DNA from: a virus | Lineage: Duplodnaviria; Caudoviricetes | Virus record (IMG/VR): IMGVR_UViG_3300037755_000354 | Location: 1-51,355 of that record | Length of the DNA stretch: 51,355 bases | Direction: 5' to 3' (one strand) | In this document: in pieces, positions 36,902 through 46,472 of the stretch | Layout: each line of letters opens with the position of its first letter | Position numbering within the stretch: the first letter of the stretch is position 1 | The notes under the pieces: generated by a model | What the model saw: only the letters and a program-made list of their open reading frames with translations | Told to the model about the DNA's origin: nothing | Database searches by the model: none | Program-made: the position numbers and the translations under genes

Positions 36902-37335
36902 TGGGAGCATTCCAGGATATCGAGCTCGATTGGAAGGGTCGCACTTATGTGATCAAGGCGCATCGCGTCATGGGTGCGATCTACCGCATTGAGGACGTCA
37001 TCACCCTCAATGAGTTCACAGAGTACGCGCAGCGTGGCGCCGCGCCTATCGCAAAGCTGTGCGGGGCCTATAGTTCCGTGCTGAAATATGCCGGGGTCAA
37101 TGTCAGTCCCGATGATGTTTATGCCGAGGTGTTCAAGAGCGCCGACCAGCAGGAAGCGGTCATGGGTGCGGTCATCAATCTCATGCAGATGATGCTGCCG
37201 CCTGATGTTCGCGCGAGCCTTGGCGAAGCGATGGACGGGGCTGGCAGTCCGGCCGCACCGGGAAACCTCCCAGCGGCCGCTGCAGCTTCGTCGAAGAAGC
37301 CTATAAAGCCGCGGTCGCAAAAGGCCGCTGGGTAA
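36901..37335 (+). CDS. Tail assembly chaperone (gpG-like)
   Basis: Between tube and TMP; contains slippery G GGA AAC. Confidence 0.8.
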   Translation: MGAFQDIELDWKGRTYVIKAHRVMGAIYRIEDVITLNEFTEYAQRGAAPIAKLCGAYSSVLKYAGVNVSPDDVYAEVFKSADQQEAVMGAVINLMQMMLPPDVRASLGEAMDGAGSPAAPGNLPAAAAASSKKPIKPRSQKAAG

Positions 37336-37469
37336 CGCCCAAGCAATTCTGGCGTCTTCATCCGCGTGAATTCTGGTGGATGCTTGAAGCCAACACGCCG
37401 GAAAAGACCTACGGCAAACTCACGGAAAGCGATGTGAAAGAGATCATCAGGGATCTGCGGAATGGCTAG
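37260..37469 (+). other. -1 programmed frameshift site and gpT-like extension
   Basis: GGGAAAC at 37260-37266; the -1 frame is open to TAG at 37469 and encodes TPKQFWRLHPREFWW. Confidence 0.8.
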
Positions 37470-39384
37470 TGCTGTGATTGGCGCACTGCGCGTCGTGCTC
37501 GGCATGAATGCCGGCGAGTTCACGAAGGGCACACAGCAGGCCGGCAAATCGATGGACCGTCTGGCAGACCGCGCAAAGCGGCTTGGCGCGGCCATCGGGA
37601 CGGCGTTTGCTGTCGGTCAGATCACGTCCTTTGCTCGTAATGCGGTGAAGGCGTTCGGCATTCAGGAAGATGCCGTGCGCGCCGTCGAGGCGACGCTGAA
37701 AACGACGGGCGCAGCGGCCGGTTTCACATCGCGCCAGCTGCAGGACATGGCGTCGAAGATGCAGGAGGCGACGACTTTTGGGGATGAGGAAATCCTCAAG
37801 AAAGTCACCAACAACCTGCTGACGTTCGGCAATGTCGTGGGGCCGGTATTCCAGCGTGCGCAGGATGCCGCGCTAGATCTGTCGGCCGTGCTTGGTCAGG
37901 ATCTGCAGTCATCCACGATCCAGCTCGGCAAGGCGCTGAACGATCCGATCAAGGGCATCACCGCTCTGAGCCGTGTCGGCATTGCATTCACCCAGCAGCA
38001 GAAGGACCAGATCAAGACGCTCGTCGAGTCCGGCAAGGTGATGGAAGCGCAGGGGGTCATCCTGCAGGAAATCGAGCACTTCTATGGCCAGGCGGCGGAA
38101 GCGGCGGCAAAGACGACCGCCGGACAGATGCAGCAGGCCGCCAATGCGTTCGGCGACGCAATGGAAGCAATCGGCGCTAGTATCGCACCTGTGGTTGTGC
38201 CGGCCGCGCAGGCCATCAAGACGCTTGCCGAAGGGTTCCAGGCGCTGACGCCTGAAACGCGCACCTTCATTGTCGTTGCGGCCGGAACAGTTGTTGCGCT
38301 CGGCGCTGTGGCGGCGTCGGTTGGCATCCTTGTCGCGGTGCTCGGTGCGCTGGCCGGGCCGATCGCTGCGACAGTCGCTGCTGTCGGCGTGCTGGCTGGC
38401 GCGATCGTTTCGAACTGGCGCGGCATTACCAACCTTGCAGCGTCGATCGGTGACGCCTTCAAGGGTATCTACGAAAGTGCCAAGACATGGCTGGTCGATG
38501 CTCTTGAGCCGGTTGTTTCTCGCGTTCAGGGTTTCATCGATCGTATCAGTAACGCGTTCGCATCGTTGAAGGATGCGCTTGGCATTGCCGTTGAGAGTTC
38601 CAAGCTGGGGGAAGATCTACGCGCGGTAACGGATACAGTGAGCGGCGCCGTTAGTACGCTTGCCGAGATCTGGAACCGCGGCGCTGAGGACGGCGAGGCG
38701 ATGGCTCCGGAGATCGCGCCAAAAATGGCGATGCCGATGATCCAGACAGCGGAGATGGCCAAGGCTGCGGCGAAATCTGTTGAGGATGCCAAGAACAAGA
38801 TCATCAAGGAGCAGGAACAGCTCGGCGATCTGGGTGAGCGCTTGGCCGAACGGATGCAGTCGCCGCATGAGATCATGCTGCGGCACCAGGAGGCGCTGCA
38901 AGCCGCATACGACCAGAGTAAGATCTCTGCCGAGCAACTGGCGCAGGCGCAGGTTCGCTCAGCGTTGATTGCGCAGAATGCTTATGCGGGGATGGCGTCC
39001 GATATCGCCGGATCGCTTGAGGGGATATTTGGCCAGAGCAAGGCGTTTTCGATCGCGCAGGCAATCATCAATACCTATGAGGCTTTTACCAAAGCCCTGG
39101 CTGCCTATCCGCCACCCTGGAATTATGCAGCGGCCGCCGCGACGCTGGCCGCTGGTCTGGCGCAGGTGCAGAAGATCAAGAGCACCACGAAAAGCAGCTC
39201 AGGCGGTGGCGGCTCATCCGCTGGCAGCGGTGCAGCGGTGGCAAGTCAGCCATCACAGCCGCAACAGATGATGCAGGTCAATCTGCATGGCACGAGCTTC
39301 GGACGCGACCAGGTGCGCGGTTTGATCGAGCAGATCAACGCCGCGGTCAGCGATGGCGCGCAGCTCGTCGTGAGGGCAGCTTAG
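37462..39384 (+). CDS. Tape measure protein
   Basis: Ala-rich 640 aa; IGALRVVLG, QLGKALNDP. Confidence 0.9.
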   Translation: MASAVIGALRVVLGMNAGEFTKGTQQAGKSMDRLADRAKRLGAAIGTAFAVGQITSFARNAVKAFGIQEDAVRAVEATLKTTGAAAGFTSRQLQDMASKMQEATTFGDEEILKKVTNNLLTFGNVVGPVFQRAQDAALDLSAVLGQDLQSSTIQLGKALNDPIKGITALSRVGIAFTQQQKDQIKTLVESGKVMEAQGVILQEIEHFYGQAAEAAAKTTAGQMQQAANAFGDAMEAIGASIAPVVVPAAQAIKTLAEGFQALTPETRTFIVVAAGTVVALGAVAASVGILVAVLGALAGPIAATVAAVGVLAGAIVSNWRGITNLAASIGDAFKGIYESAKTWLVDALEPVVSRVQGFIDRISNAFASLKDALGIAVESSKLGEDLRAVTDTVSGAVSTLAEIWNRGAEDGEAMAPEIAPKMAMPMIQTAEMAKAAAKSVEDAKNKIIKEQEQLGDLGERLAERMQSPHEIMLRHQEALQAAYDQSKISAEQLAQAQVRSALIAQNAYAGMASDIAGSLEGIFGQSKAFSIAQAIINTYEAFTKALAAYPPPWNYAAAAATLAAGLAQVQKIKSTTKSSSGGGGSSAGSGAAVASQPSQPQQMMQVNLHGTSFGRDQVRGLIEQINAAVSDGAQLVVRAA

Positions 39385-39385
39385 C

Positions 39386-40225
39386 ATGAGTGTTGTGATT
39401 TCCGGCAGCCTGGTCCTCTCGGATAGCGTTTCGGGCGGCGGGATCATCAACGCGGATAATCCGCTCATTGGTTATCGCAATCTCGTCACCAGTTCGAACG
39501 TCACGGCGACGTCTGAAGATCCAGATCATCCCGCGTCCAACGTCGCCAATCCGTCAACGGCATTGCGCTGGCAGGGCCTCGGCGGCTCGCCTGCCGAAGA
39601 CGAGTATCTGACCTTTGCGCTCGATACCGTGGAGCTGGTCGATTACCTGGCCGTCGCGCGCCACAATTTCTACAGCGCACAAATCGCGGTTTCGGTCGAG
39701 GTCCTCGACCAGTCGACCAGTCCGGACAGCTGGGACGAGCTCGTCGCGCCGGGCATCCCGTCGAATGATGGGCCGCTGTTGTTTCGGTTCACGCCGCAGG
39801 GCATCGCTTCCATTCGGCTCAGGATGCAGCCGGGGGCGGCAGTCCCGCGCGCTGCCGTGGTTTATTCCGGCGCGCTGCTCGTCCTGCAGCGCCGCATCTA
39901 TGTCGGTCATACGCCGGTCAATTACGGCACGCAGCTCAGTGTCGCCAATCACCGCAGCATCAGTGGCGATTTTCTCGGGCGTATCGTTCTGTCGCGCAAG
40001 ACGCGGACGCAGGTGGCATTGGAGAACCTGACGCCGGCGTGGTACCGGACCTATCTCGAACCGTTTCGCGCCGCGGCGGAGGACCTGCCGTTCTTCTTCG
40101 CGTGGCGACCGTCCTCGTATCCTTACGAAGTCGGCTTCGTCTGGGTCGCCAACGATCCGCAGCCGCAGAACCAATTGCCGAACGGCATGGTCAGCTTCTC
40201 GATGGACGTCGAAGGCGTGACGTGA
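39386..40225 (+). CDS. Distal tail (Dit-like) protein
   Basis: Follows TMP; PFFFAWRP..YP. Confidence 0.7.
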   Translation: MSVVISGSLVLSDSVSGGGIINADNPLIGYRNLVTSSNVTATSEDPDHPASNVANPSTALRWQGLGGSPAEDEYLTFALDTVELVDYLAVARHNFYSAQIAVSVEVLDQSTSPDSWDELVAPGIPSNDGPLLFRFTPQGIASIRLRMQPGAAVPRAAVVYSGALLVLQRRIYVGHTPVNYGTQLSVANHRSISGDFLGRIVLSRKTRTQVALENLTPAWYRTYLEPFRAAAEDLPFFFAWRPSSYPYEVGFVWVANDPQPQNQLPNGMVSFSMDVEGVT

Positions 40226-42588
40226 CGAAGTCGCTCACCTACGTCGAGATCGACATCCCATCATTCGTGCCGGAGTCGCCCGAAGCGATCCAGACTTGGC
40301 GCTTCGCCATGCCTGCCGATTACCTGCCGCCGGAGATCGATTGTATCCCATCGATCGACTCCGTCAGCTTCACGCCGGCGCGGATCTCGCTTGGCAAGGA
40401 TCTCGGCGAACGCGCCTCGCTCAGGATCTCGCTGCGCGATCACAGGCACATCTTTAACGGTGAGCCTTTTGACCAAGGCACTTTCTTCGGCAAGTGGCGC
40501 GGGCGCTACGGCACGAAGCTGCGCGGGCGCGAGCTGCGCCTGATCCGCGGGCAGGTCGGCCAGACCATCGATCAGATGGATACGCGTTATTATGTGATCG
40601 AGAATACAGACGGGCCGGATTTCAATGGCGTTTACACGATCGAAGCCAAGGATATCCTGAAGCTTGCCGATGAGGACCGCGCGCAAGCTCCGGCGCTATC
40701 GAACGGCTCGCTCGCCGGCTCGATCGATAATGCGGCAGGATCTCTGACGCTCAGTCCGGTCGGCATCGGCGATCTGGAATATCCGGCGTCCGGCTGGGTC
40801 TGCCTTGGCGGTAAGGAAGTCGTCACCTTCACCCGGTCGAGCGACACGCTGACGATCACGCGGGCGCAGTTCGGCACGGTGGCGCAAGGCCACGACGCCG
40901 GCGATCGGGTGCAGCTCGTGCTGCGCTACACCGGCGATGATGCGGCAGACATCATTTATGATCTGCTGACCAACTACGCGGGCGTTCCGGCCGAGTATAT
41001 CAATCTGACGGACTGGCAGCAGGAGACCGAGGATTTTCTCGGCGTGATCTACGCGCGCACGATCACCGAGCCGACCAGCGTGCATAAGGTGGTTTCTGGG
41101 CTGATCGAGGAGGCGGCGCTTGCACTCTGGTGGGATGACCGTGCGCAGCGCTTGCGGCTCAATGTGTTGCGCGAGATCTCGACGGATACGGAAACGTTCG
41201 GCCATGACCGGATTCTTGAGGGATCTCTGAAGGTCAAGGAACAGCCGGCCAAACGCATCAGCCAGATCTGGAGCTATTACGGCCAGCGTGATCCGACCGA
41301 CAGCGCGGCCAATGAGGACAACTTTCGCGCGGTGCTGGCCGATGTCGATCTGGAGCGCGAGGCCGAATACGGGTCAGCCGAGATTCGCAAGGTTCAAGGG
41401 AAATGGGTCGAGACTGAGACTGCGGCGACGCGGCTCAATTCGATTCAGCTAAGCCGGTTTCGTGATCCGCCGCGATCCTTCGCGTTCGAGGTTTTCCGCG
41501 ACGTGGTGATCACGCCTGCGTCTGGGTATCAACTGCAATGGTGGGGCAGTCAGGACGAGACCGGCGTTGAGGTTCCGGTTTCGGTCCAGATCACGCACGT
41601 TCGTCTTGAGCCTGATCGCGTTTATGTCGAAGCCGAGGAAATGCTTGCCTCTGGCGTCGTGGCGCTCGTCAACGTCGTGTTTCTCACGATGACCGGCAGC
41701 GTTCTTTCGTGGCAGGTGCCGGACAATTGGAACGATGCTGACAATTCAGTGCGATGCATTGGTGCGGGCGGTGGGGGTTGTGGCGACGCCAGTTCGAGCG
41801 GCGGCAAGGGCGGCGGCGGCGGGGCGTTCTCGCGATCGACGAATCTTGCGCTTGCCGCATCTCCGATGCCGTCAATTTCTTACCGCGTTGGTATGGGCGG
41901 CGTTGGCGGCGTCGATAACAACGGCACCAATGGCGGCGATACATGGTTTGGCGCGGCGTCGTTCGGTAGCGCTCTCGTCGGCGCGCGCGGCGGGCAAGGC
42001 GGCGTCGGTCGCACGGGCAACGGGCAAGGTGGGCAGGCATCAAGCGGCATCGGCGACCTTCGCAACTCTGGCGGCAATGGCGGCGATGGCGCTCCACGAG
42101 GTGAAACCCGCGCGGGCGGTGGCGGCGGCGGCGGCGCTGGCGGGCCGAATGGCGACGGCGGCAACGGCGGCAATCTGACTTCAGTTAGTCAAGATGCTGG
42201 CAGTGGCGGCGGTGGCGCGGATGACGGGCAAGACGGCGCTCTATCAAGTGATGCAACTGGCGGCGATGGCGGTCACAACCGTTTCAATTTCGGGGGCGGG
42301 ACCAGCACCACACCTTCAGGACAGGAAGGCGGCGGCGGTCGTGGTGGTAACGGATTAGTCATTGGCGGTCCTGGCGGTAGCGGCGAGCAGATCTGGACAC
42401 AAACGGTGGCGCCGATCATCTCCGCTGGTCCTGGGGGCGGCGGCGGTGGCGGTGGGAACGATGCAAATGGCGGTGTGGGCGGCTTGTACGGCGGCGGCGG
42501 CGGCGGCGGCAACGATGCGACCGGTGGCAACGGCGCAAATGGAATCATCGTGATCATATGGCGTGAAGCCGAGGGATCGCCGGCATGA
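40222..42588 (+). CDS. Tail tip/hub protein with glycine-rich C-terminal domain
   Basis: GTG start overlapping the upstream stop; long Gly-rich region; position. Confidence 0.75.
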   Translation: MTKSLTYVEIDIPSFVPESPEAIQTWRFAMPADYLPPEIDCIPSIDSVSFTPARISLGKDLGERASLRISLRDHRHIFNGEPFDQGTFFGKWRGRYGTKLRGRELRLIRGQVGQTIDQMDTRYYVIENTDGPDFNGVYTIEAKDILKLADEDRAQAPALSNGSLAGSIDNAAGSLTLSPVGIGDLEYPASGWVCLGGKEVVTFTRSSDTLTITRAQFGTVAQGHDAGDRVQLVLRYTGDDAADIIYDLLTNYAGVPAEYINLTDWQQETEDFLGVIYARTITEPTSVHKVVSGLIEEAALALWWDDRAQRLRLNVLREISTDTETFGHDRILEGSLKVKEQPAKRISQIWSYYGQRDPTDSAANEDNFRAVLADVDLEREAEYGSAEIRKVQGKWVETETAATRLNSIQLSRFRDPPRSFAFEVFRDVVITPASGYQLQWWGSQDETGVEVPVSVQITHVRLEPDRVYVEAEEMLASGVVALVNVVFLTMTGSVLSWQVPDNWNDADNSVRCIGAGGGGCGDASSSGGKGGGGGAFSRSTNLALAASPMPSISYRVGMGGVGGVDNNGTNGGDTWFGAASFGSALVGARGGQGGVGRTGNGQGGQASSGIGDLRNSGGNGGDGAPRGETRAGGGGGGGAGGPNGDGGNGGNLTSVSQDAGSGGGGADDGQDGALSSDATGGDGGHNRFNFGGGTSTTPSGQEGGGGRGGNGLVIGGPGGSGEQIWTQTVAPIISAGPGGGGGGGGNDANGGVGGLYGGGGGGGNDATGGNGANGIIVIIWREAEGSPA

Positions 42589-42604
42589 TTGGAGATTTTG
42601 AATA

Positions 42605-43816
42605 ATGGTTTTCGCGAGATGGCAATCAACGATTGTCGACGAAGCCGGCAACATTCAGCCGAACGCTCAAGTTCGTGTGCAGCGCGAGGTTGCAGGCGCT
42701 CCGCTGGCGACGATCTATTCCGACCGTGACGGGGCTTCGCCGCTCGGCAACCCCATGACAGCCGACACAGAGGGCTTTGCAGCGTTTCATGCGGCTGGCG
42801 GGGCTTACCGTATCACGGCGACGAAAGGCGGCTTCTCGCGCGTCTGGCGGTATGTCGCGATTGGGACGGCGCAGGAGCTTGATGAAACGGATGGCTCCAT
42901 CTCTTTGCAGCAAAATGTTGATGCCGGGTACGGGCTGACATTCGAAAGCGAGACATCTGCGCCGCCTTCGGCTGGTGCTATACGCTTCAACAATGCCGAC
43001 TTGAGCGCGGCGACAGAGGCTTATGTGAGCGTCGAGAATCTCGGCGGCTCCGATATCGAGGCGCGGCTTCTGGAACTGTTCGACGCGGCGCGGACGGTGA
43101 AGGATACGTTCTCGATTGCCGACCCTGCGAGCAACGCGCAGGCTTCCTGGCAGATCGATGGCGCGGCGTTGGTGGGCTCGCCGGGCGATTATGTCACGCT
43201 GACGATCAGCGCTCATGCCGGCGAGACATCGTTCACCGATAACGAACGCGTGAATTTCCAGCCGAGCCGGGCGGGCGCGGATGGCGGCGACGGTGAGGAC
43301 GGGCTGTTTGACGGTACTGAAACGCAAGTAACAGCGCGCAGTGGCGATCTATTGCCGTTTCAGGATGTTTCCGACAGCAATAATCCGAAACGCGGCACGG
43401 CGCAAAGCGTAGCGGAAACGGCGCGCGTTGAAATCGTGTTCATGCCGTTCGATCTGGTAACGGATGTTGAGACTGGCGACGGTGCGGGCGGTGTTTTCTT
43501 CCGTGTTCCGGCATGGATGAGCGGCTTCAATATCACAGCGGTTGCCGCCGCGAACGGTGCGGCGGGCACGGGCACCGGCACAACGACCATTCAGCTTCGC
43601 AATGTCACGCAAGCAGCAGACATTCTTTCCACGCCAATAACGATTGACAGCACGGAAACGGACAGCAGCACAGCGGCAGCGGCAGCAGTGATCAACGCGA
43701 GTGAAGATGATTTGACGACGGGCGATCTGATCCGCGTAGACGTTGACGCCATACCGGACGGCGATGCGCCTGTCGGGCTGATCGTTTCGATCACGGCAGA
43801 AAGACCGGCAAGCTGA
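42605..43816 (+). CDS. Tail fibre / receptor-binding structural protein
   Basis: N-terminal IYSDRDG..PLGNP...G.A.F domain; acidic, beta-rich. Confidence 0.65.
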   Translation: MVFARWQSTIVDEAGNIQPNAQVRVQREVAGAPLATIYSDRDGASPLGNPMTADTEGFAAFHAAGGAYRITATKGGFSRVWRYVAIGTAQELDETDGSISLQQNVDAGYGLTFESETSAPPSAGAIRFNNADLSAATEAYVSVENLGGSDIEARLLELFDAARTVKDTFSIADPASNAQASWQIDGAALVGSPGDYVTLTISAHAGETSFTDNERVNFQPSRAGADGGDGEDGLFDGTETQVTARSGDLLPFQDVSDSNNPKRGTAQSVAETARVEIVFMPFDLVTDVETGDGAGGVFFRVPAWMSGFNITAVAAANGAAGTGTGTTTIQLRNVTQAADILSTPITIDSTETDSSTAAAAAVINASEDDLTTGDLIRVDVDAIPDGDAPVGLIVSITAERPAS

Positions 43817-44487
43817 TGGGTAGGATTATCATGGTGCCGCGGCGGAAGGTGGCGGCGGCACCGCAAGTTGCTTCACTTGCCTTTTTGCAGGCGGCAGCGA
43901 ACACCGCCGATCAAACGACCTACAATTTCACAAGTCAGAATTTCGGGGACGAAGACGCGACGCGTGAAATCGTTGTTTCCGTCCTCTGGTATACTGCAGC
44001 CGGTGCTGAAACATTAGACTCCGCTTCAATAGGTGGAGTTTCCGCAACGATCTCCGTCCAGAATAGTGTCGAATTCGCGCCAGGTCTCTTTGTCGGGGCA
44101 GCGATTATATCGGCATCAGTGCCAACGGGCGCAAGCGGAACAATCAGTGTCACCTTCTCGGCTGGATGTCTCGGCGCGGCAATCGGCGCATATCGAGCAA
44201 TAAATCTCAGTTCAACCACACCTCATCACACCGCTACCGACGACAACGACGTGATCAACATGTCCCTGAACATTCCAGACGACGGCGTTTTCGTTGCTTG
44301 TGCGATGTTCGCAGCGGCGGGGGCGGTAACGACGGCCGGAATGACGGAGGATTTTGATGCTGCGATTGGCACTGATGTCCAATATGTGGGCGGTAGCGCC
44401 ACCGGGCTAGCTGCGGAAACCGGCCGGGCGCTTTCATTTGATGGTCCAAGTGGCAGCGCAGCAGGCGTTGCAGCAAGTTGGGCGTGA
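43816..44487 (+). CDS. Tail-fibre-associated beta-rich protein
   Basis: Coupled to the previous gene; A/S/T/G-rich. Confidence 0.6.
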   Translation: MGRIIMVPRRKVAAAPQVASLAFLQAAANTADQTTYNFTSQNFGDEDATREIVVSVLWYTAAGAETLDSASIGGVSATISVQNSVEFAPGLFVGAAIISASVPTGASGTISVTFSAGCLGAAIGAYRAINLSSTTPHHTATDDNDVINMSLNIPDDGVFVACAMFAAAGAVTTAGMTEDFDAAIGTDVQYVGGSATGLAAETGRALSFDGPSGSAAGVAASWA

Positions 44488-44720
44488 ACATGGACACCAG
44501 CAATCTCGATACGGCAGACCTGCCGCCTTATACGACTTGAAGGCTGCCTGAAAGTCCGTGCACAGACTTCCAAGCAGCCCCCAGTTATATGGTATATGCG
44601 TGCACTATGGGTTTAATGTACGCGCGACTTGAATAGCAAATTGACATGTAATACGCAATGCCTTTTCGGTCATGCGTTTCCATTTGTGGGCATATATTAT
44701 CTTGTCGGCTTATTATAAAT

Positions 44721-44748
44721 AAAAAGCAGCCGAGGAATGCCCGGCTGC
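44721..44748 (-). terminator. Intrinsic terminator for the OMP moron
   Basis: GCAGCCG/CGGCTGC stem with a T-tract on the minus strand. Confidence 0.7.
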
Positions 44749-44777
44749 AACTTCAAGGATTGAGGAGATCTTTTGGC

Positions 44778-45632
44778 TTACTTATAGGTGTCGAGCGCAG
44801 GCTCATCACGTTGGATGTGATAGTTCAGGCGAGCGCGCACGACGAGCAGGTCGTTGTCGTCTTCGTGGTCGAACTTTTTCTTGTGTTGATCTCTGTAACA
44901 CTTTCCATATCCACAACCGTAGAAGTCAGTCGAGTAGATACCCGACTCCGCACCAAAGCTGCTATCACCAAAGAAGTAGTAGAGACCTTCAAGACCGATG
45001 CTGACACTCGATGTCAGTTTATGTTCAACACCGCCGCCAACGACTAGGCCGACTTTCTTTTCGCCCGCTATATCATAGCTATTGTCAAAATAGTCCGAGT
45101 CGACATCGATGGTCTTGTCTTTAAAGCCGACAAAGGCAACGCCGGCGGTCCCGTAGAACAACGTATTGTCTACGGCATGACCAAGGCGGGCGCGGAGAGA
45201 AGCCAGATAGTTGACCCCTTTGGCGAAGCTGACATCGCCTTCAAGACCATAAACCCTGGTGCCGTTCTGCCAGTTATAGCCGATATGAACGCCACCAAGA
45301 AACGAACGTTCAGTCTCGTCGCTCTCGAATGTGGCGCTGTCAACGGCTTCCCAGTCGCTCCATTCAGTTATTTCATACCAATCCGAGGTCCAACACCAGC
45401 CTCCACAGCCATAATCTCTCTTTTGTTTCCTCTCACTCTTGGACAGCCTATTGTCACCCTCTTTGTTGCGGAGTCCGCCAATGTGGCCGCCAACATAGAG
45501 GCCCGACCAAATCGGCGCGGGAGCGTATGCAACCGGATCATCCTTCAGAGAGCCGTCATAGACATCTGCGGCATGAGCAGAAATGCCCATACCAAAAAAC
45601 GCTGCGAAAGCCGCAGTTGTAATTCTGTTCAT
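44778..45632 (-). CDS. Omp25/RopB-like outer-membrane beta-barrel protein (moron)
   Basis: Signal peptide ending AHA-AD; WSGLYVGGHIG, GVHIGYNWQ, SLRARLG, GGGVE, RARLNY; lower GC. Confidence 0.88.
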   Translation of the reverse strand: MNRITTAAFAAFFGMGISAHAADVYDGSLKDDPVAYAPAPIWSGLYVGGHIGGLRNKEGDNRLSKSERKQKRDYGCGGWCWTSDWYEITEWSDWEAVDSATFESDETERSFLGGVHIGYNWQNGTRVYGLEGDVSFAKGVNYLASLRARLGHAVDNTLFYGTAGVAFVGFKDKTIDVDSDYFDNSYDIAGEKKVGLVVGGGVEHKLTSSVSIGLEGLYYFFGDSSFGAESGIYSTDFYGCGYGKCYRDQHKKKFDHEDDNDLLVVRARLNYHIQRDEPALDTYK

Positions 45633-45850
45633 AACAATATTTCCCCATTTAGTGCCTAAAAACGCAATTCTTAACACTCACGGTGTGCCGTGGACTCAAA
45701 TGCAACGAAAGCAATCTTTAGCAGGAGTCCTGTCGGTGGGAAGCATGAGAGCAGGATTGCTTCAAATTTGCGACACAATCTGTGTCTTACTTACATCGGA
45801 CGATGCATCTATTAGTAGGCTGTACTTTAGTTTATGCAATCAAAGGTTGA

Positions 45851-46156
45851 TTAATTCGACTTATCGTTAGGTTCTTCCCTAATCGCCGCCAGCGTATCCC
45901 GCGCCACATCGCCCTTGTCCTCTTGCGCTTTCGAACGGTTCCGGCCCTGCCGCGCATAGCTGTTCGGATCGGCGTAGAATTCCAGCCCTTCGCAGGCTTC
46001 GGCCAGCAGCCGCTTGAGATCGGCCGTTCCGCCGTCGGCTTTCGGCGCATGGATGACGAGCTCGACGGTCATCCCCGCCAGGCTGATGCAGCGGGAAACG
46101 CCTTGCTCGTCTTCGGCAATCAGCAGGATTTTGGAAACGCTTTTGCGCTCTTCCAT
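45851..46156 (-). CDS. Hypothetical protein
   Basis: ATG with gggg RBS; GLEFYADP..Y motif. Confidence 0.55.
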   Translation of the reverse strand: MEERKSVSKILLIAEDEQGVSRCISLAGMTVELVIHAPKADGGTADLKRLLAEACEGLEFYADPNSYARQGRNRSKAQEDKGDVARDTLAAIREEPNDKSN

Positions 46157-46256
46157 TTTTTGAACCCCCAACGCTAATATGTTACATGATAGAAATGATA
46201 TCATAACGTTACAAGAATATCGTTGAGCTAGCAATGAGTATTAATATTATCGCCGC

Positions 46257-46418
46257 ATGACAAAGCGCACAGATCAGGTGAACGTTCGCCTCGACGCGAA
46301 AATGAAAGCAAAGCTCGGCGCTTACGCGAAAGCGGAAAAGCGAACCGTCAGTAATCTGATTTTTTTGATCATCACGGATTGGCTCGAGCAGCGGGAAGCT
46401 GAGAGCGCAAAAAAATAA
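46257..46418 (+). CDS. 53-aa Arc/ribbon-helix-helix protein (not in the ORF track)
   Basis: MTKRTDQVNVRLDAKMKAKLGAYAKAEKRTVSNLIFLIITDWL. Confidence 0.75.
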   Translation: MTKRTDQVNVRLDAKMKAKLGAYAKAEKRTVSNLIFLIITDWLEQREAESAKK

Positions 46419-46444
46419 GCCCGGTCCGATTCCTCGGCCGGGCT
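46409..46444 (-). terminator. Terminator between convergent genes
   Basis: AGCCCGG/CCGGGCT stem next to an A7 run on the plus strand. Confidence 0.65.
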
Positions 46445-46472
46445 CATGGATGCGTCGTCATTGCGGGCCTCT

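Noticed and set aside
41760-42540. GGC-rich repeats as a DNA repeat element or DGR target
   Set aside because: Explained by the Gly-rich protein domain; no reverse transcriptase or TR/VR pair is seen
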